Origin: Candidatus Doudnabacteria bacterium RIFCSPHIGHO2_12_FULL_48_16
GTDB lineage: Bacteria; Patescibacteriota; Doudnabacteria; UBA920; O2-02-FULL-48-8
DNA: 64,000 nt
Direction of reading: 5' to 3'
NCBI GenBank assembly: GCA_001780035.1
Contig: MFEY01000004.1
Coordinates: 81,405-145,404, forward strand
This document shows positions 9,452-19,121 of this stretch, one piece after another. The notes under the pieces are model-generated. The model was not told the DNA's origin, did no database searches, and was given only the letters and a program-made list of their open reading frames with translations. Positions within the stretch are counted from its first letter, which is position 1. Every line of letters starts with the position of its first letter. A program made the translations under genes and the position numbers.

Positions 9452-9994
9452 ATGACTGACTCGGAACTCAAACAATTCTTAGAAAGGGCCCAAAACGGCG
9501 ATAGCGCGGCATTTTCCCGCCTTTACGATGAATTTGCCGAAAAGCTATACCGCTTTATTTTCTTCCGCGTCGGCCACAAAGAAGTCGCCGAGGACCTCCT
9601 GTCCGACACTTTTGTCAAAGCTTGGCAAAAATTAAAACAAGTCAACTCCCCCGCGGCCATAACCGGCTGGTTCTACCAGATCGCCCGAAACAACATCATC
9701 GATTACTATCGGATCAAGAAAGATTTTGTCCCACTCGAAGAAGTGGCCGAATTTCTGGAAGACGCAGTCAACCCGATCGATACGATCAATCTGAATATGG
9801 ACCAGGCCAAAATTTTGGAACTGCTGGTCAAGCTGCCCGGTGAACAACGGCTCGTACTCCAATATAAATTTTTTGAAGACTTAACGAACGAAGAGATCGC
9901 CTACATCTTAAATAAAACCGAAGGCGCCATTCGTGTCATTCAGCACCGCGCGCTCATCAAATTGAAAGACTTAGTCAAACGCAAGTCCAAATAA
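9452..9994 (+). CDS. RNA polymerase sigma factor, ECF family
   Basis: Region 2 (AEDLLSDTFVKAWQKL...WFYQIARNNIIDYYR) and region 4 (QRLVLQYKFFEDLTNEEIAYILNKTEGAIRVIQHRAL). Confidence 0.85.
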   Translation: MTDSELKQFLERAQNGDSAAFSRLYDEFAEKLYRFIFFRVGHKEVAEDLLSDTFVKAWQKLKQVNSPAAITGWFYQIARNNIIDYYRIKKDFVPLEEVAEFLEDAVNPIDTINLNMDQAKILELLVKLPGEQRLVLQYKFFEDLTNEEIAYILNKTEGAIRVIQHRALIKLKDLVKRKSK

Positions 9995-9995
9995 C

Positions 9996-11066
9996 ATGCC
10001 TAACGATCCGGAACAATTTATCGAACAAATGATCGAAGCCGCCAAACAACGGCAGGATCTTTCGGCATGGCAACACCATCGTGATCGCGAGACCTCGGAT
10101 CTGGCCAACCTGATTTTGGACTTAAGCTCTCTTCCCCGCCACCAGATTGAAATGCCAGACCTGGCCAAAATCCAAGGCCGGGTGCTAGACCGTATCAGCG
10201 TCCCTCAATCCGAACACCGCGGCATCTGGGCCAGTATCCCGAGTTTTCTCAAAATCGGCTCAGCCGTCTTCGGTTCACTGCTGATTGTGGTCAGTTTAAC
10301 CATGGGCGTGGCGGTCGCAGCTTTACAGAGCGGTCCGGACTCGGCCATTTATCCCTTAAAGAAGATCGTCGAAAATATCGAATTGCGATTAACTCCGGAG
10401 CAAGAAGTCGCCTCCCGGCAAATGCAGTTTGCTATAACTCGCGTGGAAGAAATACAGGCGGTCATCGAACAACAGCAACAAGGGCAGTTGAGCAACCAGG
10501 AAGCCAAGCAAATTATTTCTGCAACCGTCAAGGATTTGCAAAAATCCACCTCGGCGGCGGCCCGCAACACCAAAGCTCAGCCCAGATCAGCCATCGTCAA
10601 CAAACTGGCGGACATTAATAACAAATTGAAAATCGCGTCGATTAACAGTGAAGGGGAAGTCAGAATTGAAATCGAGAAAGCTCTGCAGTCAACCCAGGAT
10701 TCTCAAGCGGAAGCGATTAAGAATTTCGAGGAATCTGGCGTTAAAATCGCCAATCCCCCCTCTGATAACAACATCACCGCTTCCGGCAAATTGACTCAAG
10801 TTACCGAATCAACCGTTAACATCGGCACTGCCAAATTTTTGCTAACCAAAGAGACCAAATACGTCAACCTCAGCGCTGCTGATTTGAAGGCGGGATTAGT
10901 GGTTGACATTATCGGTCAAATCAAAGATAATAAGTCATACGCTGACCAAATAACGCTGATTGAACCCAAAGTTTCCGGGGAATCAACGGTTAGAACGGAA
11001 ATTATCAACCCAGAAATAGTTCCGCTGGATCCGAACAGTACCACAGAAACACAGACCGCGCACTAA
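9996..11066 (+). CDS. putative anti-sigma factor (single-pass membrane protein, DUF5667-like)
   Basis: Its start is 1 nt after the sigma-factor stop. It has a cytoplasmic N-terminus, one TM helix (FGSLLIVVSLTMGVAVAAL) and a long extracytoplasmic domain. Confidence 0.45.
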   Translation: MPNDPEQFIEQMIEAAKQRQDLSAWQHHRDRETSDLANLILDLSSLPRHQIEMPDLAKIQGRVLDRISVPQSEHRGIWASIPSFLKIGSAVFGSLLIVVSLTMGVAVAALQSGPDSAIYPLKKIVENIELRLTPEQEVASRQMQFAITRVEEIQAVIEQQQQGQLSNQEAKQIISATVKDLQKSTSAAARNTKAQPRSAIVNKLADINNKLKIASINSEGEVRIEIEKALQSTQDSQAEAIKNFEESGVKIANPPSDNNITASGKLTQVTESTVNIGTAKFLLTKETKYVNLSAADLKAGLVVDIIGQIKDNKSYADQITLIEPKVSGESTVRTEIINPEIVPLDPNSTTETQTAH

Positions 11067-11164
11067 ATTTTTCTAATTATGGCTTTGAGCCGTAATTAAC
11101 CCCCGCACCAAAAAGTTGGTAAGGGGTAAATCCCTAAAAAGGAAAGAAACTCATATGCGAACAA

Positions 11165-11189
11165 GGCCACGGGCAACCGTGGTCTTTTT
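11165..11189 (+). terminator. Rho-independent terminator
   Basis: GGCCACGG-gcaa-CCGTGGTC followed by TTTTT. Confidence 0.55.
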
Positions 11190-11208
11190 CGTATAAAAAT
11201 TTTCTTCA

Positions 11209-11258
11209 AATTAGAACTCCCCTCTCCCTCGACGGGAGAGGGGCCGGGGATGAGGGTG
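11209..11258. repeat. GC-rich hairpin element, family D copy 1
   Basis: TTAGAACTCCCCTCTCCC-tcgac-GGGAGAGGGGCCGGGGATGAGGGT. It is nearly identical to 59178-59228, including the preceding TTTCTTCA. Confidence 0.6.
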
Positions 11259-11311
11259 AATATAGCTTTTCGGTTAAAAAAATGATAGAATTAAAAAAAG
11301 TATAAGCGACC

Positions 11312-11401
11312 CAGGTGGGGTCGCATAGTGGTTTAGTGCACCGGTCTTGAAAACCGGAGTCGGTTAACGCCGACCGCGAGTTCGAATCTCGCCCCCACCG
11401 C
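11312..11401 (+). tRNA. tRNA-Ser (anticodon UGA)
   Basis: GGTGGGG acceptor stem, anticodon stem-loop CCGGT-CTTGAAA-ACCGG, long variable arm, T-arm GCGAGTTCGAATCTCGC, then CCCCACC-G-CCA. Confidence 0.85.
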
Positions 11402-11409
11402 CAAAAATT

Positions 11410-11919
11410 ATGCCGATTTCCAAAACTCCAATCAAACAATCCCCAAAACCGCGGCCCCGGGAAATTTCCTGGAAAACCCAAAGTAGCACTAATCCCAAGC
11501 GTTCGCTTGCCTGGTATGTCATTTTCATCATTTTGTCGTTAGCCGCCCTGACGTTCGCCATATTTTACTCCGAAAGCATTATTACCGTCATTACCTTCAG
11601 TTTGATCATTTTGGTGGTTCTGACCTTGTCCTTCATCACCCGGACGGAAACAACCTATCGACTGAGCCCCCTGGGAATCAGCGCCGGGCGGATGATTTAT
11701 CCTTACAAAACCATTAAGAAATTTTGGATTAACTACCGGCCGCCGGAAGTTAAAACCCTCAATCTCGAAACCACTGCCTATATCAACAATATTATCGCGA
11801 TCCAGTTAGGCAATCAGGATCCCGTGGCGGTGAAGCAATTTCTGGCACAATATCTGCGCCAGGATCTCGATCATGAAGAAACCGCTGCCGAGATCCTGGC
11901 CAGGCGTCTGAAAATTTGA
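11410..11919 (+). CDS. hypothetical membrane protein
   Basis: Two predicted TM helices. The start abuts the tRNA. Confidence 0.35.
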   Translation: MPISKTPIKQSPKPRPREISWKTQSSTNPKRSLAWYVIFIILSLAALTFAIFYSESIITVITFSLIILVVLTLSFITRTETTYRLSPLGISAGRMIYPYKTIKKFWINYRPPEVKTLNLETTAYINNIIAIQLGNQDPVAVKQFLAQYLRQDLDHEETAAEILARRLKI

Positions 11920-11949
11920 TATAGTATCAATCCAGTTCGCCCTCATCCC

Positions 11950-12213
11950 TTGTCCGGATTCGTTTATATACTTAAAGATGATCTAAATAAATATTATATT
12001 GGTAGTTGCGAAGATATTGATATTCGGCATAAAAGGCATTTAACTGGTTGGGTTCACACGACAAACCGAATGGAAAATCCGCGTGTAGTATTTTCTCAAC
12101 AATATCCTACAATCGAAGAAGCTCGAAAAATTGAACAAAGGCTTAAAAAACTAAAAAGAAAAGATTATATTACAAAGATTATTAATGATGGATATATCAA
12201 AATAAAACCATAA
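11950..12213 (+). CDS. GIY-YIG nuclease family protein (UPF0213-like)
   Basis: FVYILKDDLNKYYIGSCEDIDIRHKRH...EEARKIEQRLKK. Confidence 0.7.
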   Translation: MSGFVYILKDDLNKYYIGSCEDIDIRHKRHLTGWVHTTNRMENPRVVFSQQYPTIEEARKIEQRLKKLKRKDYITKIINDGYIKIKP

Positions 12214-12222
12214 TCACTATAA

Positions 12223-12297
12223 GCACCTGTCGTTCAACGGATAGGACTCAAGCTTGCGGAGCTTGTAATCGAGGTTCGATTCCTCGCGGGTGCACCA
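12223..12297 (+). tRNA. tRNA-Arg. The anticodon reads GCG, which is unusual: G34 rather than A/I34.
   Basis: GCACCTG acceptor stem, D-arm GTTC/GGAC, anticodon stem-loop CAAGC-TTGCGGA-GCTTG, T-arm CGAGGTTCGATTCCTCG, then CGGGTGC-A-CCA. Overall similarity to bacterial tRNA-Arg(ACG). Confidence 0.7.
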
Positions 12298-12371
12298 GAA
12301 ATATCCATTCGGCGGCACTTTTGGCCGTTTTAATTTTGCCTGCCTGCCAGTAGGCAGGTTATAATTCAACT

Positions 12372-14411
12372 ATGTTTGATCTCTCAACCCCCATTGAACA
12401 ACTATATCTGGTCGGGCCGGCTCGGGCCAAGCTCCTAAAAAATCTCGGGATCCATACCCTGGAAGACCTGCTTTTTTACTTCCCCCGGGGTCACCACGAT
12501 CTGTCTAAATTCAGCCGGATTGGCGAACTTAAGCTGGGCGAAACGGCCAATGTCAAAGTTAAAATATTGGAGAGTAAAACCTTCCGCACCAAAGTCCGGC
12601 GTCTAACCATTACCCAAGCGCTGGTGGAAGACGAAAGCGGCAGTATTCTGTGCGTCTGGTTCAACCAGCCTTATCTGGCCAAGGTCTTTCACCCGCGCGA
12701 AGAATTTATTTTTTCAGGCAAAGTGGTGGCCAGTAAAAATAAGCTGCAGCTGCAAAACCCCATTTATGAGCCGGTGCGGGACGAACAAGTCCACACCTCC
12801 CGCCTAGTACCGCTCTATGGCCTGACCGCCAATTTGACCCAAAAGCAGTTGCGTAGCATTATCAAGCTATATTTGGATAAGGTGCCGATTCCGGAATACT
12901 TACCCGCTCTGATATTAAAATCAGAAAACCTACTGGGCGAAACGGCCGCCGTCAGGCAGTTCCATTTTCCCGCCGATTACGCCGCCCTCAACAGCGCTCA
13001 AACGCGCTTGGCCTTTGATGAAATTTTCCAAACCCAGCTGCGCGTCCTGCGATACAAAAAATCCCGGGAACAAAACCGCGGCATCGTGATCCCCTTGGAC
13101 CCCGGGCTGGATCAAAAAATCGAATCACTTCCGTTTAAACTGACGCTAAGCCAAAAGGAGGCTTTGGCGGAAATCATCGAAGACTATCAGCGTCCCTATC
13201 CGGCCAACCGGCTGTTGGAAGGAGATGTTGGTAGCGGCAAGACGATTGTCGCGGCTCTGACTATGTGGCTAGCGGCCCAAAACGGGCTCCAGACGGCTTT
13301 GTTGTGCCCAACAGAGGTCCTCGCCAGCCAACACTATGCCAATCTGCTTAAATTATTCCTAAATGACGGACTGGACGTGGCGATTCTGACTTCCTCCCAA
13401 GCCAAACTCAACGGCAATCCGGTTTCCAGGCCGACCGTACTGGCTGCGATTCAAAACGGCAAATCAAAGATAGTCATCGGGACCCATGCCCTGCTGGAGC
13501 CACAGATTCGTTTCAAGACATTGTCCGTGATAGTAATCGACGAACAGCACCGGTTTGGGGTCCAGCAGCGATCCTGGCTCAAACACGACAGTCCCGCCCA
13601 CTTGTTAACGATGTCAGCCACGCCCATCCCCCGCACCCTGGCCCTGACCTTATACGGCGATTTGGATATTTCGATTCTCAAAGAGTTGCCGGCGGGCCGC
13701 CAGAAAATCCTGACCAAAATCGTCTCCGAACAGAATCGGGCCAAGGCCTACGAATTCATTGCCAAACAAATCGAAGCTGGCCGCCAGGCCTTCGTGATTT
13801 GCCCGTTGATTGAGGAGTCGGATAAACTGGAGGTCAAATCCGCCACGGCCGAATACAAAAAACTGGCGGCAGACGTATTTCCGCAGCTGAGAATCGGGCT
13901 CCTACACGGCAAGCTCAAGCCGGTGGAAAAAGAGCAGGTTATGCAAAAATTTAAGGACAACGAGTTGCAAATTCTGGTCTCCACTTCGGTCATTGAAGTC
14001 GGAGTGGATATAGCCAATGCAACCGTGATGATGATCGAAGGGTCAGAACGCTTCGGCCTGGCCCAACTGCATCAATTCCGGGGTCGGGTCGGCCGGAGCG
14101 ATCACAAATCCTACTGCTTTCTTTTTTCCAACGATCCCGAAGCGGAAAAAAATCCTCGACTGAAAGCCTTGGTGGAAAATTCCAACGGATTCGAATTGGC
14201 CGAAAAGGACCTGGCCATCCGAGGCGGCGGCGACCTGTATGGCACCCAGCAATCGGGCTATGATTTTAAAATTGCAACGCTCTCCAACCTGGATTTGGTC
14301 CAGCGCTCGCGTCGCTATGCCCAAGCCCTGATCAACGAAGATTTGACCCTAAATTCTCACCCCTTGCTAAAACAAAAAATCGACCGCGCGCCGGCGGTCC
14401 ATTTGGAATAA
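12372..14411 (+). CDS. recG: ATP-dependent DNA helicase RecG
   Basis: N-terminal wedge/OB domain, then helicase motifs DVGSGKT and DEQHRFGV, with a C-terminal RecG-type helicase domain. Confidence 0.9.
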   Translation: MFDLSTPIEQLYLVGPARAKLLKNLGIHTLEDLLFYFPRGHHDLSKFSRIGELKLGETANVKVKILESKTFRTKVRRLTITQALVEDESGSILCVWFNQPYLAKVFHPREEFIFSGKVVASKNKLQLQNPIYEPVRDEQVHTSRLVPLYGLTANLTQKQLRSIIKLYLDKVPIPEYLPALILKSENLLGETAAVRQFHFPADYAALNSAQTRLAFDEIFQTQLRVLRYKKSREQNRGIVIPLDPGLDQKIESLPFKLTLSQKEALAEIIEDYQRPYPANRLLEGDVGSGKTIVAALTMWLAAQNGLQTALLCPTEVLASQHYANLLKLFLNDGLDVAILTSSQAKLNGNPVSRPTVLAAIQNGKSKIVIGTHALLEPQIRFKTLSVIVIDEQHRFGVQQRSWLKHDSPAHLLTMSATPIPRTLALTLYGDLDISILKELPAGRQKILTKIVSEQNRAKAYEFIAKQIEAGRQAFVICPLIEESDKLEVKSATAEYKKLAADVFPQLRIGLLHGKLKPVEKEQVMQKFKDNELQILVSTSVIEVGVDIANATVMMIEGSERFGLAQLHQFRGRVGRSDHKSYCFLFSNDPEAEKNPRLKALVENSNGFELAEKDLAIRGGGDLYGTQQSGYDFKIATLSNLDLVQRSRRYAQALINEDLTLNSHPLLKQKIDRAPAVHLE

Positions 14412-15443
14412 CTATTTACTGACGACATGAAGATTGCCGTCGCCGGTATTGATAAAAAACAAACTGCTGCCAATCAACATTAGGTTTTTGGCAAAAATCT
14501 GCTGGTCGGATGAAAAAAAGTCATTCTGACGAAAGGTCAAAAGATCTTCCGTAAGAAAATCGTCCCCGCCGCCGTCTTTTTTGGGAATGGCAGCATAGAC
14601 CGTTTTGCCTTCCTTGTCGACCACTATCTTGTCCAGAGAAGTGTTCAGGTCCAGATCCGTCGCCTGTTTGCTGATCATATCAAATAAATAAACCCGCGGG
14701 TAAGCCGTAATCGCGCTTTGGGAAAATAAAAACCGGTTGGCTGAAATCCAGATTGCCTCCAGATTTTTGCCCGAATCAATTACCGTTAGAATTTCTCCTG
14801 TTTCCAAATTGACCGAATAAATCTTATTGACATTCCCGTCAACGATTGAACGGTAAAGCAAGGCGGTTTTGCCGTCCGGAGAAACTTTAATCTGTAAATC
14901 CGGCCAAAAGACGTCTTTAATTATAACAAAACCCGTGCCATCGCCATTGGCCATGGCCAGCTGCTGATGTTGATTGTCGGCTGATTGCCAGATATAAACG
15001 ATGCGCCGGCTATCCGGCATCCAATCGAGGCTTTTTATGTTGGCTGGCAGGGTAGTATAAACTTTTTTCTGGCTATTATAGTAGTCCTTGATTTCGCCGG
15101 TTGAACCCGAAGATATGGCAATAAAATCTTCGCCGGCCTGCGGCCATAAAATTTTTCGGATTGTGCCGGAAAGCAGCGGCAACGGATATTCGGTCAAACC
15201 TTCACCGTCGAGGTTGATCCGAAACAGCCGTCCTTCAGCATTAAAATACCAAATTCCTCCATTGTTTATCGCTGGAATTGGCGAAACCACCCGGTCGTTG
15301 CCGATTTTTTTTATTTGCGGCGCCGCGGCAATTGGTGGTTTGGTTTGATTTTTTACTTTCATGGCCCAAACCAAAAGCCCGCCGATAACGGCTAAAATCA
15401 ATGCTCCGATTGCCGCGATAATAACAAATTTGCGATTCATCAT
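14412..15443 (-). CDS. membrane-anchored TolB-like beta-propeller (PD40 repeat) protein
   Basis: TM helix (FVIIAAIGALILAVIGGLLVW). PD40-like SPDGKTALLY motif. The start was chosen at an internal Met to avoid overlap with the upstream gene. Confidence 0.4.
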   Translation of the reverse strand: MMNRKFVIIAAIGALILAVIGGLLVWAMKVKNQTKPPIAAAPQIKKIGNDRVVSPIPAINNGGIWYFNAEGRLFRINLDGEGLTEYPLPLLSGTIRKILWPQAGEDFIAISSGSTGEIKDYYNSQKKVYTTLPANIKSLDWMPDSRRIVYIWQSADNQHQQLAMANGDGTGFVIIKDVFWPDLQIKVSPDGKTALLYRSIVDGNVNKIYSVNLETGEILTVIDSGKNLEAIWISANRFLFSQSAITAYPRVYLFDMISKQATDLDLNTSLDKIVVDKEGKTVYAAIPKKDGGGDDFLTEDLLTFRQNDFFSSDQQIFAKNLMLIGSSLFFINTGDGNLHVVSK

Positions 15444-15454
15444 ATTGATTAAAT

Positions 15455-16828
15455 TTAATCGGTCGGCGGCGGATTCGGAAACGGCGCGCAATAACTGCCG
15501 GTCGGCGGCGTGGGAATATTGAATTCCACATGCACGTGCCCGGCGGTGGCGTTACGGGCAGGATTATGATATTCATCCAGCGTATTGGTCGCCGCGCCAT
15601 TGGGGAAATATCTTTGCGCGATGGCGAATAACCTGGCTATCCGGCCGTCTTGGTAGCCGGGCGGCAATGAATGAGTGTTTTGGTTCCAAGGCACGGTGGG
15701 ATTCCGCAAAGAAATATCCACGGCCTCGCCGCGACTATGGGCTGACGTTGTGCCGCTGGCCGTTTCTCCGTCCCCACGAAAGGCGCTGGTTATGGTGATT
15801 GAAAGCCCGGCCGCAGCAGCATCATTGGAAATTTGCTGAATCTTAACCAGCATACACTGTCTGACTCTGGGGTCGGACGTTCCCGGATCAACGCTGACTC
15901 CGCTCAATGCCACCAAATCAGATGGCTCCCAATCAAAACTGCCTGAAGCTCCGCCGCCGCCGCTCGCTCCCCCGCCAAAATTAGTGATGGCCAGCTTGGC
16001 GCAGATATCAACCGGAATGGCGCCGGTCCAACTGCCGACCTTGGAAACAACGCGGGCGGATAAGCCAGTTAAGCCCTTTTCGTTACACTTGCCAACCATG
16101 GCTGTAAATATAAACATCACTAGGGCGAAGAAGATTATTAGGCCCAGGATAATGAGCAGCGCGGGACCCCAAAATTCGACAGTCCCGGCAGCCACTCCAG
16201 CAGCTTCTGCGCCTTCGGCCGCTGTGGCCGCGCCGGCTGCCGCGCCGCCTTCGGCAGCGCCTGCAGCTTCCGCGCCCTCCATGCCGGCTTCTTCCGCTCC
16301 CATACTTTCCGCTTCAGCCGATTCAGCTTCTGCTTCCGGATTTTGGTCCTCGGATTGATTCTCTCCCTCTCCCTCTTCTTCATCTCCCTCTTCCTTGTCT
16401 TCGTCCTCGCCGCCTTCCTCATCCGCATTTTCTTTCTCCGGCTCTTCTTCCTCGTTTGATTCTTCCTGCTCTTCCGGCTCCGATTCTTCTTCAGATTCTT
16501 CTTCGGAAGGTTTTTTCTCAGGTTGGGGTTGTTCCTGCGGCCGCGGTTGTTCTTCCTGACTGGATTGCCGGCGGGTCTCGTCATCCAGGCGATCAGTAAT
16601 CTTAACCTTCCCCTCCGACCTGAGTCGAAGCTCCAGTATTTCTTTTTGTTGCAAATCTAAAAGAGTATCTTGACGAAGCTGTTCCTCGGCCTCTTGCAGG
16701 ATCCGCATCTCTTCTACTGACGGACCGGAAGCCTTCAATTTTTCCACAAACCAGTCATTGGCAGCAGCTAAGTCATCCTGTGGTTTGACCTCGTCCGTAG
16801 AATCTTCTTCCAGCGCATTATTGGCCAT
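15455..16828 (-). CDS. LAS-family zinc metallopeptidase (peptidase M15 / VanY-like peptidoglycan hydrolase). It has an N-terminal coiled coil, a poly-acidic tract and a TM helix.
   Basis: The C-terminal domain carries SAHSRGEAVDI (the H-x6-D zinc-binding motif) and HVHVE (the H-x-H motif). The upstream segment is E/D-rich (EEESEEESEPEEQEESNEEEEPEKENADEEGGEDEDKEEGDEEEGE) and is followed by the helix LLIILGLIIFFALVMFIF. Confidence 0.55.
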   Translation of the reverse strand: MANNALEEDSTDEVKPQDDLAAANDWFVEKLKASGPSVEEMRILQEAEEQLRQDTLLDLQQKEILELRLRSEGKVKITDRLDDETRRQSSQEEQPRPQEQPQPEKKPSEEESEEESEPEEQEESNEEEEPEKENADEEGGEDEDKEEGDEEEGEGENQSEDQNPEAEAESAEAESMGAEEAGMEGAEAAGAAEGGAAAGAATAAEGAEAAGVAAGTVEFWGPALLIILGLIIFFALVMFIFTAMVGKCNEKGLTGLSARVVSKVGSWTGAIPVDICAKLAITNFGGGASGGGGASGSFDWEPSDLVALSGVSVDPGTSDPRVRQCMLVKIQQISNDAAAAGLSITITSAFRGDGETASGTTSAHSRGEAVDISLRNPTVPWNQNTHSLPPGYQDGRIARLFAIAQRYFPNGAATNTLDEYHNPARNATAGHVHVEFNIPTPPTGSYCAPFPNPPPTD

Positions 16829-16831
16829 CTC

Positions 16832-18667
16832 CTATTCTCCTGTCACCGCTTGGGTTTGTTGCGCCTGCAGTTCTTTTTTCGCTTCCTCGATCTCGAGGGC
16901 CCGTTTGGGGTCAGTTGTAATTATCTGGTCTTCCATATAGGAAGCGATAATTTTGATCGCCACGTGCTTAATCCCGGCAAAAAATATTCCTTCCCCGACA
17001 TCGGATTCCAGCAGCAGATATTTTTCGCCTTCAGTTAAGAAGAAAGTTTTGGCAATCAGATCCACCGCAGCCGGCGATTGTTTCAACAGCAGCTGAATGG
17101 AGGAATTAGTGACAATTGGCTTGCCGTAAGGGCTTTGTAAAAAGTCGGTAACGTCCTGGGTGATGGTGGTCACGCCCAAATAATATTTGCGGGCGCGCTT
17201 CGCCATGCCGAATAAAAACTTAGCGGAATCATCATGCTGCATCATCCACCAGGCTTCATCTATGACCAAGATGCGTTTTTTGAGCGATGACCGCACGACG
17301 TTCCAGATGTAATTCAAAATGACGTAAATGGCAATTGGCCGGAGCGTATCTTCCAAATCCCGCACCGAAAATACGGCCAGCTGGTTATTTAGATTGATAT
17401 TGGTGGGCTGATTGAAGATGCCGCTGAATGTCCCTTGGGTATATTTGGTCAGCCGCTGCGCCAACGATTCGCCGCCGACCATGCCGGATAAAATTTCAAC
17501 CAGATCCTGCATAATCGGCGGTTCAATATTGTTGAAATTGGAGTTAGCCGTAATGTCTTTTTTGGCATAAGTTTCCCAAAGAGCACGATCCATAATCGCC
17601 TCTTCCGTAGGATCCAGTTTGCCCAACATTAAATTCATGAGCCCCAAAAGGCTGACGACCGCGGCCCGCAGGACATCTTCATTAGTCTCGCCTTCGATGC
17701 CGCGCGGCAAATCAAACGGATTAACCCGGGAATCCGAGTTGAGCGAGATATTGAGGAAGCTGCCGCCGACGGAATCGGACAAATGCTTATATTCGTTTTC
17801 CGGGTCGATGGCGATGACGTCCGCACCAAGCATTAAGGAGCGCAGAATTTCCAGCTTGACCGCGTAACTTTTACCACTGCCCGATTTGGCGAAAACAACG
17901 GAATTGGCGTTTTCCATCTGGAAGCGGTCAAACAAGATCAAACTGTTATTGTGCCGGTTGATTCCATAAAGAATCCCGTCGTTCGAGGTCAGTTCCGAAG
18001 AGACAAAGGGAAACGTCGTTGACAGCGGCTCGGTATTCATATTGGCGGCGATCGCCAGCTCGTCATTGCCGAGCGGTAAGGTGGAATTAAAACCCTGCTC
18101 CATCTGCAGCACGGCGGGCTTGGCGATGATTAATTTCGAGCCAAGCAGCGACTCGAGCGTGGAAGAAAGCTGGTCGAGTTCTTTGAGATCCCCGGCATAA
18201 ACCGTAAAGTAAATAGAGAAACGGAAATATCGTTCCGTGCCTTGCTGCAGCTTGTCCCGCAAAGATTCCACGTCCTGAAAGGCGGTTTGCATCATCGGAT
18301 CGCGGACGTTGCCTTTTTCCTGGCTGATCCGCATGCTGGCTTCGATGCGGCCAACCTGGCTTTTGAGCTTCTTCATAATCTCATCGGTCGACATCGGATA
18401 AATAAACTGGGCCATATCCATTTCCGCATCCATGTTGATGATCGGCGACAGCCAATCAACGGAAACGAACCGCGGGTAAGCCAACACGAAAAATGACCGG
18501 GCAAATTTGCCGGAAATCTCGACCGTATTCTGGCCGACCCGGAATGCCGCCGGAGCAATCAGGTCTTTGAGGGTATTAAGCCCCTCTTTATATTCCCGCT
18601 CCTTCTGCAGGATTTGCCGCTGCAAATCCCGGTTCGGATCGATCGATTGTGATTTAAATAGCGCCAT
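16832..18667 (-). CDS. type IV secretion ATPase, VirB4/TrbE/CagE family
   Basis: Walker A VVFAKSGSGKSYAV and Walker B RILVIDEAWWMM, with VirB4-type N- and C-terminal regions. Confidence 0.75.
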   Translation of the reverse strand: MALFKSQSIDPNRDLQRQILQKEREYKEGLNTLKDLIAPAAFRVGQNTVEISGKFARSFFVLAYPRFVSVDWLSPIINMDAEMDMAQFIYPMSTDEIMKKLKSQVGRIEASMRISQEKGNVRDPMMQTAFQDVESLRDKLQQGTERYFRFSIYFTVYAGDLKELDQLSSTLESLLGSKLIIAKPAVLQMEQGFNSTLPLGNDELAIAANMNTEPLSTTFPFVSSELTSNDGILYGINRHNNSLILFDRFQMENANSVVFAKSGSGKSYAVKLEILRSLMLGADVIAIDPENEYKHLSDSVGGSFLNISLNSDSRVNPFDLPRGIEGETNEDVLRAAVVSLLGLMNLMLGKLDPTEEAIMDRALWETYAKKDITANSNFNNIEPPIMQDLVEILSGMVGGESLAQRLTKYTQGTFSGIFNQPTNINLNNQLAVFSVRDLEDTLRPIAIYVILNYIWNVVRSSLKKRILVIDEAWWMMQHDDSAKFLFGMAKRARKYYLGVTTITQDVTDFLQSPYGKPIVTNSSIQLLLKQSPAAVDLIAKTFFLTEGEKYLLLESDVGEGIFFAGIKHVAIKIIASYMEDQIITTDPKRALEIEEAKKELQAQQTQAVTGE

Positions 18668-18711
18668 GGGTATAAATGTCTAATATCAAATTTCTAATGA
18701 CTAACAAAATG

Positions 18712-19017
18712 TTAAATGCTTAATTCTTTAATTTTATTAGCTTTAGATTTCTTTATAATAGCAACAAATATTAAAGTTAATTCGTTTGTTTCTTTCATAA
18801 GCTCTGTCGCTCTATCTTTTAATTCGGGAGTCGTGGTTATGAGCATTCTTAACCAGTGCTTCGTTTCTTTGGATTCTTTTTTACAAATCCCTAATTTATG
18901 CTCGAAATCTTTTCTAGTCTCTGCACAATCTGCCTCACAATAATTCGCTCCCACGCTAGTGCCAGATTTCACCAGCTGCCCAATTATTGGCAAAGTAACA
19001 ACATCTTTTGGGATCAT
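18712..19017 (-). CDS. four-helix-bundle protein (23S rRNA-IVS / Avd-like family). The N-terminus has no canonical start codon.
   Basis: It contains SVGANYCEA...RKDF...ICKKESKETKHWL. Family-typical sequence (DLEERTARFGEEIIKFAR) continues in frame upstream to a stop at 19111-19113. There is no ATG, GTG or TTG in between. Confidence 0.55.
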   Translation of the reverse strand: MIPKDVVTLPIIGQLVKSGTSVGANYCEADCAETRKDFEHKLGICKKESKETKHWLRMLITTTPELKDRATELMKETNELTLIFVAIIKKSKANKIKELSI

Positions 19018-19121
19018 CCTCGCGAATTTTATAATTTCTTCTCCAAATCTCGCCGTTCTTTCTTCTAAATCATAAACTTTATCGTTAGAAATTTTATTAG
19101 AAATTAGGCATTAGTAATCAG

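Noticed and set aside
11206-11561. Two minus-strand ORFs (91 and 65 aa) overlapping the tRNA-Ser(UGA) gene
   Set aside because: They run antisense across a clear tRNA and a GC-rich repeat, with no support.
16138-16584. 148-aa extremely Lys/Arg-rich ORF on the minus strand
   Set aside because: It is an alternate reading frame of the poly-Glu/Asp tract (GAA/GAG repeats) of the M15 peptidase gene, so it is a frame artefact.
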